Source of the DNA: Bdellovibrionota bacterium
GTDB taxonomy: Bacteria; Bdellovibrionota_C; UBA2361; OMII01
Length of the DNA stretch: 63,378 bases
Direction: 5' to 3'
Assembly (NCBI GenBank): GCA_044337105.1
Contig: JBIIOE010000006.1
Span: forward strand, 1-63,378
This document shows positions 19,001-29,089 of the stretch, in pieces. A program made the position numbers and the translations under genes. Each line of letters starts with the position of its first letter. Position 1 is the stretch's first letter. Below the pieces are notes generated by a model. The model did no database searches and was not told the DNA's origin. It saw only the letters and a list, made by a program, of their open reading frames with translations.

Positions 19001-20532
19001 AACCTACTCTACGTTTGATACTTGGCGATCAGCTCAACATCGAGCACTCGTGGTTTACGAAGCCAGCGAGAGAAGCTGTTTTTCTTATGATGGAGGCGCG
19101 GGAGGAAGCCACCTACGCCAAACACCACATTCAAAAGATCGTCGCTTTCTTCGCTGCGATGCGGGAATTTGCAGCAGAGCTCCAACGCAGGGGCTTCGAG
19201 GTAATCTACCGAGCCCTGGACGACAAAGGCAATCTTCACTCACTATCAGGCAACATCGAACAGCTCGTGCAATCGGGAGCATACGGTGCATTCGAATATC
19301 AACTACCGGACGAGTACAGAGTGGATCAGGCACTCTCGAGCCTCGCTTCACGATTATCTGTACCGACCCGTGTGGTGGATACCGAACACTTTCTGACAGA
19401 GCGAGAGGCTCTACCACGGATGTTCCCTGGCCGGAAACGTTACGTGATGGAGTACTTCTACCGCGAGGTTCGCAAACGGTACGACATCCTCCTGGAAGAT
19501 GGCGAGCCGATCGGGGGCAAATGGAACTACGATGCTGAAAATCGGAATCGACTTCCCGACTCGGTCGTACCGCCCGCACCGCTGACATTCGGACGAGATG
19601 TGAGCGAGATCGTCGAGATGCTCGATCGCGAGGGAGTACCCGCTCTCGGCACACTGAACCCGACGAACTTTTCATGGCCCGTCACACGCCAAGAAGCGCT
19701 CCAGGCTTTAGAGTATTTCTGCATCCACTGCCTTCTACACTTCGGCACATACCAGGACGCGATGCACACTGAGCATCGCTTCCTCTTTCACTCACGTCTT
19801 TCGTTCAGCATGAACGTCAAACTCCTCTCACCCCTCGAGATCGTGCACCGCGCTATCATGGAGTGGCAGAAGCGTCAAAACGAGATAACGATCTCGCAAA
19901 TCGAAGGATTCGTGCGCCAGATCGCAGGATGGCGAGAGTTTATGCGAGCCATCTATTGGTCGCACATGCCGGAGTACAAAGAGCTCAACTTCTTCGAGCA
20001 TACACGCCCCTTACCAGGCTATTTTTGGAATGCAAAAACCAAGATGAACTGCGTTAAGCACGCTGTTCAGCAGTCGCTCGAGGATGCCTATGCGCATCAT
20101 ATTCAGCGCCTGATGGTGACGGGCAATTTCACGCTGCTGGCAGGCATCGATCCCGCTCAGGTCGATGAGTGGTATCTCGGAATATACGCTGACGCCCTCG
20201 AATGGGTTCAATTACCGAACACCCATGGCATGAGCCAATTCGCAGATGGCGGAATCGTAGCCACAAAGCCCTATGTTTCCGGCGGCAACTACATCAGCAA
20301 GATGTCCAACTACTGCTCAGGGTGCTACTACAATCAAAAGATTCGCACCGGAGAGAAGGCATGCCCCTTTAATAGCCTTTATTGGGATTTTATGCGTCGC
20401 AATCGTGCTCGATTGGAGAAGAATCCGCGGATAGGTATGGCATATCGGACATTCGACAAATTAACCCCTTCGGATAAAGCGGCTATTGAGAAGCAAGCTG
20501 CTCATTACCTCAAGAACATCGAAGAACTATAA
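18997..20532 (+). CDS. FeS-BCP cryptochrome/(6-4) photolyase (Agrobacterium PhrB / Rhodobacter CryB family)
   Basis: [32 protein letters not shown], and four Cys (MNC, YCSGC, ACPF) for the 4Fe-4S cluster. Start reassigned to ATG 18997. Confidence 0.93.
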   Translation: MKPTLRLILGDQLNIEHSWFTKPAREAVFLMMEAREEATYAKHHIQKIVAFFAAMREFAAELQRRGFEVIYRALDDKGNLHSLSGNIEQLVQSGAYGAFEYQLPDEYRVDQALSSLASRLSVPTRVVDTEHFLTEREALPRMFPGRKRYVMEYFYREVRKRYDILLEDGEPIGGKWNYDAENRNRLPDSVVPPAPLTFGRDVSEIVEMLDREGVPALGTLNPTNFSWPVTRQEALQALEYFCIHCLLHFGTYQDAMHTEHRFLFHSRLSFSMNVKLLSPLEIVHRAIMEWQKRQNEITISQIEGFVRQIAGWREFMRAIYWSHMPEYKELNFFEHTRPLPGYFWNAKTKMNCVKHAVQQSLEDAYAHHIQRLMVTGNFTLLAGIDPAQVDEWYLGIYADALEWVQLPNTHGMSQFADGGIVATKPYVSGGNYISKMSNYCSGCYYNQKIRTGEKACPFNSLYWDFMRRNRARLEKNPRIGMAYRTFDKLTPSDKAAIEKQAAHYLKNIEEL

Positions 20533-20537
20533 CCAGT

Positions 20538-21914
20538 ATGACTACCTACGACCGTTCACTACACATCTTCCGGCGCGATCTGCGCTTACACGACAACAGC
20601 GCGTTGAATGCGGCGTTGAGTTCCTCGAAGGAGGTCGTGCTGTGTTTCATCTTCAACGATGCCCAGGTGAAAGAGCATCGCTACCGCTCTGCGAACGGCC
20701 TCGCCTTCATGATCGAAAGCCTCGAGGAGCTTGATAAAGAGGTCACGTCGAAGGGCGGCAAGCTACTCTTTCTCCACGGCGAGCCTCAGACTGTTGTCTC
20801 TCGCCTGATCGCCGACCTCGGCATAGATGCGGTTTTCGTCAACAAGGACTACACACCCTTTAGTCGATCGCGTGATAAAGCCCTTGGCGATCTGTGCAAA
20901 AGCAAGGGCATCCCTTTCCACGCCCACACGGACCTACTCTTGGTGGATCCCGAGACCTTCGGAAAGGACGACGGGAAGCCCTATACTGTCTTTACCCCGT
21001 TCTTCAAAAAGGCCTCCAAGCTGACCGTGGCAGCACCAACTAGTGCGCAGGGAAAATTCGCTTCGAAGGCGTATCAAGGAGTAGTTGCGCCACGCGAATT
21101 CTGGCCATCATCGTCCGCGCCACAGCGACTCAGCTCTGGGGGTCGCTGCCACGCGCTGGCGATCCTCGATGCTATCGGGTTATTCAAGCAATACGAAGAG
21201 GAGCGAAATATCCCGGCGCTACGAGGCACAACCATCCTCGCTCCGCACAATAAATTCGGGACTGTGTCGGTTCGAGAGGTCTATCACATCATTGCATCGG
21301 CCCTCGGTGCAGGACATTCCTTGATACGCGAGGTATACTGGCGGGATTTCTTCACGCACATCGCGTGGCATTTCCCACATGTTTTCGGCCATGCATTCAA
21401 TCGCGTCTATGATCGGTTGCGCTGGAACGAGAGTGAAGAGGACTTCGATCGGTGGTGTTCGGGACAAACGGGCTTTCCTATTGTAGATGCGGGCATGCGC
21501 GAGCTTGTTACCACCGGATTCATGCATAATCGTGTGCGCATGATCGTCGCATCGTTTCTCGTCAAAGATCTTCACATCAGTTGGCAGCGGGGCGAGGAAT
21601 TCTTTGCCCGACATCTGACCGATTATGATCCGTGCGTCAACAATGGAAGTTGGCAATGGGCTGCTTCCACCGGATGCGACGCACAACCCTACTTCCGGAT
21701 CTTCAACCCCTGGCTACAACAGAAGCGATTCGACCCAGACTGCGCATATGTCAAAAAGTGGATTCCTGAGCTAAAGGACGTTCGAAACTCAATGCTCCAC
21801 ACCCTTTTCGAGGAGGATTTATTCCGTCCTTCTCATTACCCTCCTCCGATGGTTGAGCACGCCAGACAAAAGATCACTGCCGAAGAGATGTTTAGAAGTT
21901 GTCTTGAACGCTGA
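20538..21914 (+). CDS. phr: Class I/III CPD photolyase (deoxyribodipyrimidine photo-lyase)
   Basis: FRRDLRLHDN, WRDFF, GQTGFPIVDAGMREL, MHNRVRM, NNGSWQW, RIFNP. Confidence 0.95.
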   Translation: MTTYDRSLHIFRRDLRLHDNSALNAALSSSKEVVLCFIFNDAQVKEHRYRSANGLAFMIESLEELDKEVTSKGGKLLFLHGEPQTVVSRLIADLGIDAVFVNKDYTPFSRSRDKALGDLCKSKGIPFHAHTDLLLVDPETFGKDDGKPYTVFTPFFKKASKLTVAAPTSAQGKFASKAYQGVVAPREFWPSSSAPQRLSSGGRCHALAILDAIGLFKQYEEERNIPALRGTTILAPHNKFGTVSVREVYHIIASALGAGHSLIREVYWRDFFTHIAWHFPHVFGHAFNRVYDRLRWNESEEDFDRWCSGQTGFPIVDAGMRELVTTGFMHNRVRMIVASFLVKDLHISWQRGEEFFARHLTDYDPCVNNGSWQWAASTGCDAQPYFRIFNPWLQQKRFDPDCAYVKKWIPELKDVRNSMLHTLFEEDLFRPSHYPPPMVEHARQKITAEEMFRSCLER

Positions 21915-21926
21915 CGAGGAATTCTC

Positions 21927-22376
21927 GTGACGATTCGGAGACCTCTGCATAACGAAGAGCCGATCCCGGCAGGGATACCGGAGAGCGAACTCGTATTCGA
22001 GACGGCTCGATCCGGAGGTCCGGGTGGGCAGAACGTCAACAAGGTTGAGACGAAGGTGCGAGTTGTGTTCGATTACTGTAGTTCGAACGTGCTGTCGTGG
22101 AAGCAAAAATCGACACTTGCTCGCGACCCGAACATCATTCGCAGCTGCAACCCACACGGCCACATAGTGGTGACGAGCCAGCAGTACCGCTCTCAAGCTA
22201 TGAACAGAGCTGCTGCCGTGAAAAAACTCATGAGCCTGCTACGGGCGGCCCTCGAGCCGAAGATTGAGCGCGTCAAGACAAAGACCCCTCGGGCAAGCAA
22301 ACAGACGAGGCGACAAGGCAAGTCTCATCGAGCTCACACCAAAGCCTTACGCAGATCTCCAGGGAAAGAGGATTAA
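21927..22376 (+). CDS. arfB: Alternative ribosome-rescue peptidyl-tRNA hydrolase
   Basis: RSGGPGGQNVNKV, RSQ..N and a basic C-terminal tail. Confidence 0.92.
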   Translation: MTIRRPLHNEEPIPAGIPESELVFETARSGGPGGQNVNKVETKVRVVFDYCSSNVLSWKQKSTLARDPNIIRSCNPHGHIVVTSQQYRSQAMNRAAAVKKLMSLLRAALEPKIERVKTKTPRASKQTRRQGKSHRAHTKALRRSPGKED

Positions 22377-22383
22377 CAGTCGG

Positions 22384-22431
22384 CTAAGAAGGCGCGGCAA
22401 GCCCCTCACTGCTGCAAAAGCGGACTTGGGT
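22384..22431 (+). repeat. Partial left arm of the CTAG MITE family
   Basis: CTAAGAAGGCGCGGCAAGCCCCTCACTGCTGCAAAAGCGGACTTGGGT aligns with the first ~50 nt of the 9168 element. Confidence 0.7.
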
Positions 22432-22434
22432 CAC

Positions 22435-24150
22435 TCACCGTTTAGGAACTCGCACCATCGGTGACAACACCCCACCAGCCGCCGATACCTGACAACTTTG
22501 CACCTTCTTTGTTCGCTTAACGTTGAAGATGAAAGCCCCGTCCCTCAACGTAGTGTAGCGGCCGACCTGTTTTCCCGAGCAACTAAGCGACACAAGACGC
22601 TCCCCGAGACCCAGACCACCTGCATCAAATGCATTTCCGAATAGCGTGATGGCCTTCTTCTTGAGCACTCTACGCAAGGTAAGCCTGGACACGACAGCAC
22701 CTCCCGTTCCTCCTGGGGTATTAGTTGGCTGAGGTCGTACGCCACCCGAGGGGCGAGGGGTTGGCGTCGCCGTGGGCGCATTTGCTGCGGGAGTTGGCGT
22801 CGGTGTTGGCGCACCAACAAGGGCCTGTATCGCCGCCGCCCCATCGACCCTTCCACCGGTCGAGACCTTCTCTCGCATGCCCGCCCGCAAAATGCTTGTG
22901 CCAAGGATAACGTCACGTATGTCTGTGTTAGAGCGGTTGGTATCGAGCGACTTGAGCAGCGCTGCTAACCCAGTAACATGGGGGGCCGCCATCGAGGTCC
23001 CATTCATCACATCGTACTGGTTCCCGGGCACCGTGCTCAGGATACCATCCCCTGGGGCGCCCACATCTACAGACTCGAGTCCGTAGTTGGAAAAAGACGC
23101 CAGTATGTCTCCTCCGGTGCTGGCAGCAACTGCTATCACGTTACTTTTGGCGGAGCTCGCCGGATACACCGGCGCCTTATCATTATCCGTACCATCGTTG
23201 CCCGCCGCGGCTACTACCAATACGTCGCGATCAAGAGCGTACTGAATCGCGTCTTCCATAATTTGACTCAAGGTAGGGCTTCCAAGCGAAAGATTGATAA
23301 CTGAAGCCCCACGGTCTACGGCATAGATGATTCCTGCTGCGATGTCCGTTGAGGCGCCCCGCCCTGAGGTATTCAACACTCGAACAGGCAAGATCCCTAC
23401 CCTCCAGTTAACACCAACAACCCCGAGCTGATTGTTACCACGCGCCCCTATGATCCCCGCACAGTGTGTGCCGTGCCCATTTTCGTCCATAGGGTCCGCA
23501 TCTTGCTCGACGAAATCGTATCCGCGAACATCATCGATATAGCCATTCGCATCGTCATCGATACCGTTGTTTGCAACCTCTCTCGAATTGATCTTGATAT
23601 TGCCTTCGAGATCATCATGAGTGTAGTCCACCCCCGAATCTAGAACTGCGGCGACAACCTCAGAGCTTCCTGTGGTGAAGTCCCACGCAAGCGGAAGGCG
23701 CATCTTTGTAAGGCCGTAGAGGCTCGTATACCGAGGGTCGTTAGGAACTTGAGCCATACTAAAAATCCAGTTCGGCTCGCACCTCAAGGCCTTGTCAGGA
23801 TTAGCTTTCAGAATCGCATCGCATGCGAGAGCGATCGCCGCTTCATTTGCCGTCACTGGCGATGTCGACTGTGATGACCATTCCGCCGGTAGCCCAACGG
23901 CGGCGATACCTCCTCGACGACGGTCTGCTCGAAGACCGAATCCTTTCGGCATACGAAGAGGCTTAGCAGACACAGCCTGCTGGTAGAGCACCTCACTCAA
24001 AGGCACCCGAATAGGAGCTACCGCGATCTCTCTTCCCGGCATGACTAACTTCCCTGGAGAAGCCTCTGCGCATAGGACCGGAAGCAAGAGCGCTGCCGGC
24101 ATCAACGAGATCGCACCGACAATATTTCTTAACGCCCCTCCACCCCGCAT
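22435..24150 (-). CDS. Secreted S8 (subtilisin-like) serine peptidase with PT-rich linker and basic C-terminal domain
   Basis: LDSGVD, HGTHCAG and GTSMAAPHV catalytic triad, signal peptide, PTPTP linker. Confidence 0.93.
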   Translation of the reverse strand: MRGGGALRNIVGAISLMPAALLLPVLCAEASPGKLVMPGREIAVAPIRVPLSEVLYQQAVSAKPLRMPKGFGLRADRRRGGIAAVGLPAEWSSQSTSPVTANEAAIALACDAILKANPDKALRCEPNWIFSMAQVPNDPRYTSLYGLTKMRLPLAWDFTTGSSEVVAAVLDSGVDYTHDDLEGNIKINSREVANNGIDDDANGYIDDVRGYDFVEQDADPMDENGHGTHCAGIIGARGNNQLGVVGVNWRVGILPVRVLNTSGRGASTDIAAGIIYAVDRGASVINLSLGSPTLSQIMEDAIQYALDRDVLVVAAAGNDGTDNDKAPVYPASSAKSNVIAVAASTGGDILASFSNYGLESVDVGAPGDGILSTVPGNQYDVMNGTSMAAPHVTGLAALLKSLDTNRSNTDIRDVILGTSILRAGMREKVSTGGRVDGAAAIQALVGAPTPTPTPAANAPTATPTPRPSGGVRPQPTNTPGGTGGAVVSRLTLRRVLKKKAITLFGNAFDAGGLGLGERLVSLSCSGKQVGRYTTLRDGAFIFNVKRTKKVQSCQVSAAGGVLSPMVRVPKR

Positions 24151-24358
24151 ATCTCAACGACTTCCCCTCCGGCGTCCTAGCCGGTGTTCAAGCTCGAAAA
24201 CCCAATCAAATAGGTGAATCGGCCTACGAGCTGCAAGGCATGAGCCTGCGAGGCGTTTTGCGGTCACGGTAGGCCCCTCCGATCGCATTGAGCTATCGCC
24301 CAACTGCGGTGCATAGTACATTCAGACTTCAGCGTTACTCACGAAAATACAGGTACTT

Positions 24359-24832
24359 ATGACACATAATCTCTTTTCCACCATTAAAGCGTTCTTCAGA
24401 GGCGAGGCCTCCGAAACTCCCGTGAGTCTGTTGGTCGATCGACATGGGAATCTCCTTAGCAAGGAGCTTGCTGCTGTGTTTACGGCCCTCATGGTCGAGA
24501 TGTCTTTGAGCGACCAGTCACTTCAAGAGAAAGAGGTTCACGAAATCGTCTCTATCCTTCAGAGCGAGCTGGCACTGTCGGAAAAAGCTGCGGAAGATGT
24601 GTTTTCAGCAACGCTCGAGGGAAGAGGGCAGCCCGAACATATTGTTCCCAAGCTGAGCCTGATCGCGTTAACGCTCAACGACGATCAAAAGGAGCACCTC
24701 TTACGTTTGGCACTCGCCGTGGCGCGCGCCGACGACCACATCACGGATGGAGAAAACATCATTCTCGACAATCTTTGCAAGCAGCTCCATATCTCCGACG
24801 AACTCGCGCAGACGATCCGTGCTCGAGGATGA
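24359..24832 (+). CDS. TerB family protein
   Basis: Two hD(x)5E motifs (LSDQSLQEKE, ADDHITDGE), all-helical. Confidence 0.8.
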   Translation: MTHNLFSTIKAFFRGEASETPVSLLVDRHGNLLSKELAAVFTALMVEMSLSDQSLQEKEVHEIVSILQSELALSEKAAEDVFSATLEGRGQPEHIVPKLSLIALTLNDDQKEHLLRLALAVARADDHITDGENIILDNLCKQLHISDELAQTIRARG

Positions 24833-25324
24833 CTACGATACCGGGTGGCGTCGACGCCATTCGATTATCTCAACCGCCGCAAGCGCAGCTTCGATGCCCT
24901 TGTTCTTGTCGTTGTCTGCACATCGATCTTGCGCGTGTTCGATCTTGTCGACAGGTAGGATCTCGTTGATGATCGGAACGTCTCGTTCGAACATCACCCG
25001 CTCAAGACCACTTAAGGCCAAGTCCTTGACCATGTCGAAGTGGTAGGTGTCACCCCTCACAATGATCCCGAAAACTATCAGCGCCTCGATATCCGGCTTT
25101 GCCTGATGCAAACGTCTCGCAGCCAACGGAATTTCTAAGCATCCTGGCACCACATGTACCTCTACAGGAGCGCAACCGGCCTGCTCTAGAATGGGTAGGC
25201 ACCTACGCACCATGGAATCCGAAAGCTCGCGGTACCACTTCGACATGATAATGGCGATCTTCGCATTCGGCGTACGAGCAACATCAGCGGTGGAATAAGA
25301 GGTTTGAGCCATGGAAGATCTCAC
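24833..25324 (-). CDS. ribH: 6,7-dimethyl-8-ribityllumazine synthase
   Basis: VPGCLEIP, GIIVRGDTYHFD, NKGIEAA. The start may be the downstream ATG (MAQT). Confidence 0.9.
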   Translation of the reverse strand: MRSSMAQTSYSTADVARTPNAKIAIIMSKWYRELSDSMVRRCLPILEQAGCAPVEVHVVPGCLEIPLAARRLHQAKPDIEALIVFGIIVRGDTYHFDMVKDLALSGLERVMFERDVPIINEILPVDKIEHAQDRCADNDKNKGIEAALAAVEIIEWRRRHPVS

Positions 25325-25413
25325 ATAGAGGTATGGAAAAAGCGGAAAAGCGTATCATCTCCAGTCGACAAGACCCATCTCTACACTACCCATGCCCTGA
25401 ATTCAAATAAGAG

Positions 25414-26451
25414 CTACTCTTCAAACAAGCACACAACGTCGCATATCCGCTCCGCCGCATTTCGAAGCTCCCCCCTCGAAAGGCTTTCATGATCCGTATG
25501 AGCCTCCTGGATACTACCAGGCCCGAACAGCATGACACGCTCGTAGTTTCCGACGTAGAGGCTACAATCCGAGGCAAACTTCACCTCGATACTTTCTTGT
25601 CGGAATCCCTCCGGCACATACAGGTCTATGCCGTGAGTGGGGGGTGATTTGAAAGTCCACGCCGCCTCCTTGAGCGTATCATTCAGGAATCGTTCGAGCA
25701 GCTCGGAAGAATCCCGTATGCGCACACAGAGGTCACACGAAGCAAAGGGGGCCTGAATGTTGGCTGCGAGCCCTCCCCGAATCATCCCGACATTTACGCT
25801 GAGACCTGCAGGCTGATTAGCGAGGAGGCGCTGAAGCTCGTCGATTAATTTGTGGATCGCGGAGTTGTCAGTACCGAGCGACGAGTGCGCGCTCTCTCCC
25901 TGCGTCGAGATCTCCAGATCCGTACTGCCCCAGGAGTGTCGCACAAAACAGCCGCCTGTCGGTTCTCCGTTCAAGATATACTGCGTAGGTGGTAACTCCA
26001 GGAGCGTTCGCGCTCCTATCGCATCGGTTTCCTCTCCCACCACAAACGCACAGCGATAGTCGGACACTCCGCGGGCTATGGCCATCTCAAGCCCCCACAG
26101 TTGAGCTACTATCTGTCCCTTGGCGTCGCACGCGCCTCGCCCGACGATGGATTCCTCTGTCCAAGTAGCTGCCGGACCTCCTGGCACGACATCCATGTGG
26201 CTGGATAGCGTCAATACCGGAGTGCCCCTCTCCATAAGGATATTCCAGCGGCCTTCGCCGACAGGCTGTCGCCACACCCGTGCGTCAGGGAACCTGAGTT
26301 CCAAGTGCTTCTCGAGAGCCTCGGCCACCTCTCCTTCGCTGCCAGTAACGGATGGAATAGCGATGAGGTCCAGCAGCGCCTGCTCCCAATAATGAAGAGA
26401 GAGGTCTTTGCCGGTTATCGCATCATCGTTGCCGGATGGGGGCGAGCGCAT
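25414..26451 (-). CDS. M20/M25/M40 metallo-hydrolase (ArgE/DapE-like)
   Basis: SHMDVVP, GRGACDAKG, GEE, GEPT, AHSS, FGPG..AHTDHE. Confidence 0.9.
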   Translation of the reverse strand: MRSPPSGNDDAITGKDLSLHYWEQALLDLIAIPSVTGSEGEVAEALEKHLELRFPDARVWRQPVGEGRWNILMERGTPVLTLSSHMDVVPGGPAATWTEESIVGRGACDAKGQIVAQLWGLEMAIARGVSDYRCAFVVGEETDAIGARTLLELPPTQYILNGEPTGGCFVRHSWGSTDLEISTQGESAHSSLGTDNSAIHKLIDELQRLLANQPAGLSVNVGMIRGGLAANIQAPFASCDLCVRIRDSSELLERFLNDTLKEAAWTFKSPPTHGIDLYVPEGFRQESIEVKFASDCSLYVGNYERVMLFGPGSIQEAHTDHESLSRGELRNAAERICDVVCLFEE

Positions 26452-26551
26452 GACGACAGGCTACCACAAGCTTCGGCAGTAGCCTCGCTAAATCACCCAG
26501 GAGTCGCTCTTTTGCGATGGTTTCTGATTCCTTGTCTAAGCCCAGCCTCAT

Positions 26552-27313
26552 TCATTCTTGAGGAACTTCATGTGGCGACCGAATACGAATAACTTTCGCT
26601 GGCACACCAACCGCGACGGCATCGTCGGGAATATCGTCCTTAACGAGCGAATGCGCGCCTATAATGGCCCGCTTACCGATACGCACACCGTCAAGCACCG
26701 TTACACGGGCACCAAGCCATGCATGGGCACCTATAGTTACGCCACCTTTTATATCCATAGGTCGCGCGATAAGCGGCTCGTCAGCGGTCCCCTCCGTGTG
26801 GTTGCCCGGGCCAATGTAGCAATAGGCCCCCATCAGAACACTTTCACCGATCTCGATCCGGGAATTAGTGGCCACACGGCAATACGAGCCGATATTGCAA
26901 CCTGGCTCGAGGGTAATCGTCCCATGTTTCGCCGCAATGGTAGTGAGCCGCCCAATACTGACCCGATCTCCTATGTCGATACGACCACCCGCTCCCCGAA
27001 CGTCGAGCGCTGCATTGTCATCTATCAGAACGCCAGCACCGAGCGATATTTGACGAGGTATACGTAACAGCACCCCGCGCCCTATCGCCGGCCTCTTACC
27101 ACACCGAGAGAACAGGGGAGGATAGGCGATACTACGCGCTGCCAATCCCAGCAGTCCGGGCGTATTGGCCAAGAGAAGCTGCGCTAGCTCATAGGCTGCG
27201 AAATGTACGATGGAAGCCTCACCTACTGCGAGCTCGCGATATGTAGAGAGCCCTGACCGTTTGACGTCAGACAGCTCCCTCTGCTGCGGGGTCATCGCTG
27301 GAGCGACAGTCAT
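26552..27313 (-). CDS. Hexapeptide-repeat (LbH) acyltransferase
   Basis: IG-repeat hexads, GVTIG..AWLG, VGVPAKVIR. Confidence 0.9.
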   Translation of the reverse strand: MTVAPAMTPQQRELSDVKRSGLSTYRELAVGEASIVHFAAYELAQLLLANTPGLLGLAARSIAYPPLFSRCGKRPAIGRGVLLRIPRQISLGAGVLIDDNAALDVRGAGGRIDIGDRVSIGRLTTIAAKHGTITLEPGCNIGSYCRVATNSRIEIGESVLMGAYCYIGPGNHTEGTADEPLIARPMDIKGGVTIGAHAWLGARVTVLDGVRIGKRAIIGAHSLVKDDIPDDAVAVGVPAKVIRIRSPHEVPQE

Positions 27314-27385
27314 GCCACGAAAGGATTACGACGAAGAGGAAAGCCTACCCCTCTCATGCGTCGAACATGAGAAGCTGTACAAAAA

Positions 27386-27468
27386 TACCGGAGAAGGGAC
27401 TTGAACCCCCACACCCTCGCGAGTAGCGGATTTTGAATCCGCCGCGTCTACCATTCCGCCACTCCGGC
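27386..27468 (-). tRNA. tRNA-Leu (anticodon CAA), CCA not encoded
   Basis: Reverse complement GCCGGAGTGGCGGAATGGTAGACGCGGCGGATTCAAAATCCGC...GGTTCAAGTCCCTTCTCCGGTA forms a cloverleaf with a long variable arm. Confidence 0.96.
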
Positions 27469-27510
27469 ACAGATGGATGCCCTTACTCTTAAACGGATTT
27501 GGTCAACAAT

Positions 27511-28332
27511 TCAAGCATCCAAACCCTGATAGCAGGCACGATCTGCTGTTAAAGCAGCCTTGTCACCCTCCACAACCTCCCGAATACGCCCCTCCACCAT
27601 CTCTACCAGCGTTTCCGGAGAATGCTCCGATGGCTCGATAAGTGGCAAGAAGGTGAGATCAATCGATGATCCAACCACTACCGGAAAGAGATTGTGACGC
27701 AAGAGCTCCCAGTTACCTCTAATCGCTATGGGCTGGATCACTGCACTCGGCATCGTTCGAAGGAGGGCCTGAAGACCAGTTGCCTTAAACTTTTTCATCT
27801 TGCCGTCTCGAGCCCTGGTTCCCTCCGGGAAGATACATGCCACCTGCTTGACACGCTCCTTGTAGCTACCAAAATTCTCTATAGCGAGGATCGCCTTCTT
27901 AGCATCCTTGCGATCAATCAGAACCGAGCCCAGCCGCCGTAGCGCAAACGAGATACTCGGTATCCAACGCCCGAGCTCCTTCTTGGCGATAAAACCCAGT
28001 TCACGGTGACGGCACAGCCACATGATCATCGGAATGTCGTACATACTCTGATGATTAGCTACTACGATCACCGGTCGGTCCACAGGCCAGGACGGAGCGC
28101 CGCGAAAGGCGAATGACGCACCACCGAACAACCTGATGTTCCAGATGATACCCAAATTCATGAGATCCAGTGCTCGCTTCTGCATCCTCGGGCTAACCAG
28201 GGCAGCCAGCATCTGCGCGACGTGAAAAACCAAAAGCAGGCCGAAAAAAACGATGAGAAAAATGGGCGTCATCGACCAACTAAGCACACGTCGACACCCA
28301 ACACACGTATTATCCATCAAGGACTCCGTCAC
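27511..28332 (-). CDS. Lysophospholipid acyltransferase (PlsC family)
   Basis: NHQSMYD (HX4D), AKKEL, FPEGTR. Confidence 0.9.
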   Translation of the reverse strand: MTESLMDNTCVGCRRVLSWSMTPIFLIVFFGLLLVFHVAQMLAALVSPRMQKRALDLMNLGIIWNIRLFGGASFAFRGAPSWPVDRPVIVVANHQSMYDIPMIMWLCRHRELGFIAKKELGRWIPSISFALRRLGSVLIDRKDAKKAILAIENFGSYKERVKQVACIFPEGTRARDGKMKKFKATGLQALLRTMPSAVIQPIAIRGNWELLRHNLFPVVVGSSIDLTFLPLIEPSEHSPETLVEMVEGRIREVVEGDKAALTADRACYQGLDA

Positions 28333-28885
28333 CCGAATCCATAAGCACCCTCTCCTGCATGTTTACTGCGTGCTGCAATTTCACTTTGAGATGCGCCGGC
28401 ACCGACGAATCGCTCTCTAACAAGGAGCGAATCAATGTCGAGTTGAGATACGCGCGCTTGTCGGCCGTCTCGAGCGTGGTCATGTGCAGATGCCGAACAG
28501 TGTCCAATGCGATCACCGCTCTTATCGTAAGGATCGGTGTATCATCGTCGCTACCAGCGGCGAGCACGCGCTCAGCGATTCGCCGAACATCGCCGTCCTG
28601 AAGCTCCACGAGCATACGAGCATCCCGAAGGGCACTCCACACAGCCCCACGCAGATGATGAAGCTCACAGATTCCACCCTCATCCAGAGCCAGTAACGAG
28701 ATCCGAGCTATGCGAGGATTGTATCGAACTCCCTCTTCTCGCTCTAAACCCACCTCGACATTACCACCCAGAGCCGCAACACGTTCGTAATCGCCTGCGA
28801 CAACCGAAACAGCTGAGCTACCGAAGAGCTTTAGAACGGCTCCTCGCAGAGCTGGGGCTTCGATGACCAAGAGAGACGGCTCCAT
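28310..28885 (-). CDS. Hypothetical protein, possibly a degenerate (p)ppGpp-hydrolase-like HD fold
   Basis: Motif order resembles the RelA/SpoT HD domain, but there is no HD dyad. Confidence 0.6.
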   Translation of the reverse strand: MEPSLLVIEAPALRGAVLKLFGSSAVSVVAGDYERVAALGGNVEVGLEREEGVRYNPRIARISLLALDEGGICELHHLRGAVWSALRDARMLVELQDGDVRRIAERVLAAGSDDDTPILTIRAVIALDTVRHLHMTTLETADKRAYLNSTLIRSLLESDSSVPAHLKVKLQHAVNMQERVLMDSGDGVLDG

Positions 28886-29089
28886 GCATGCTCCTGGAGG
28901 ATGAGGGGAATCATCTCCGCATCAACCTCTACTACTCATTAGTGTCGAAGTTTTGGAACATTCGGGGGTATTTATCAAGGGCCGTGTATTTAGTTTCCTC
29001 CCGGACCTCGCAGTACCTGGTCAAGGTATCGAGAGCGGGATACTATGGAACAAGAAACTCGCTTGCCGCTTCCTGTAAAGTAGGTGTGT

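Noticed and set aside
22690-22830. Short tandem DNA repeats in the protease gene (also 51620-51680)
   Set aside because: Explained by PT-rich protein linkers.
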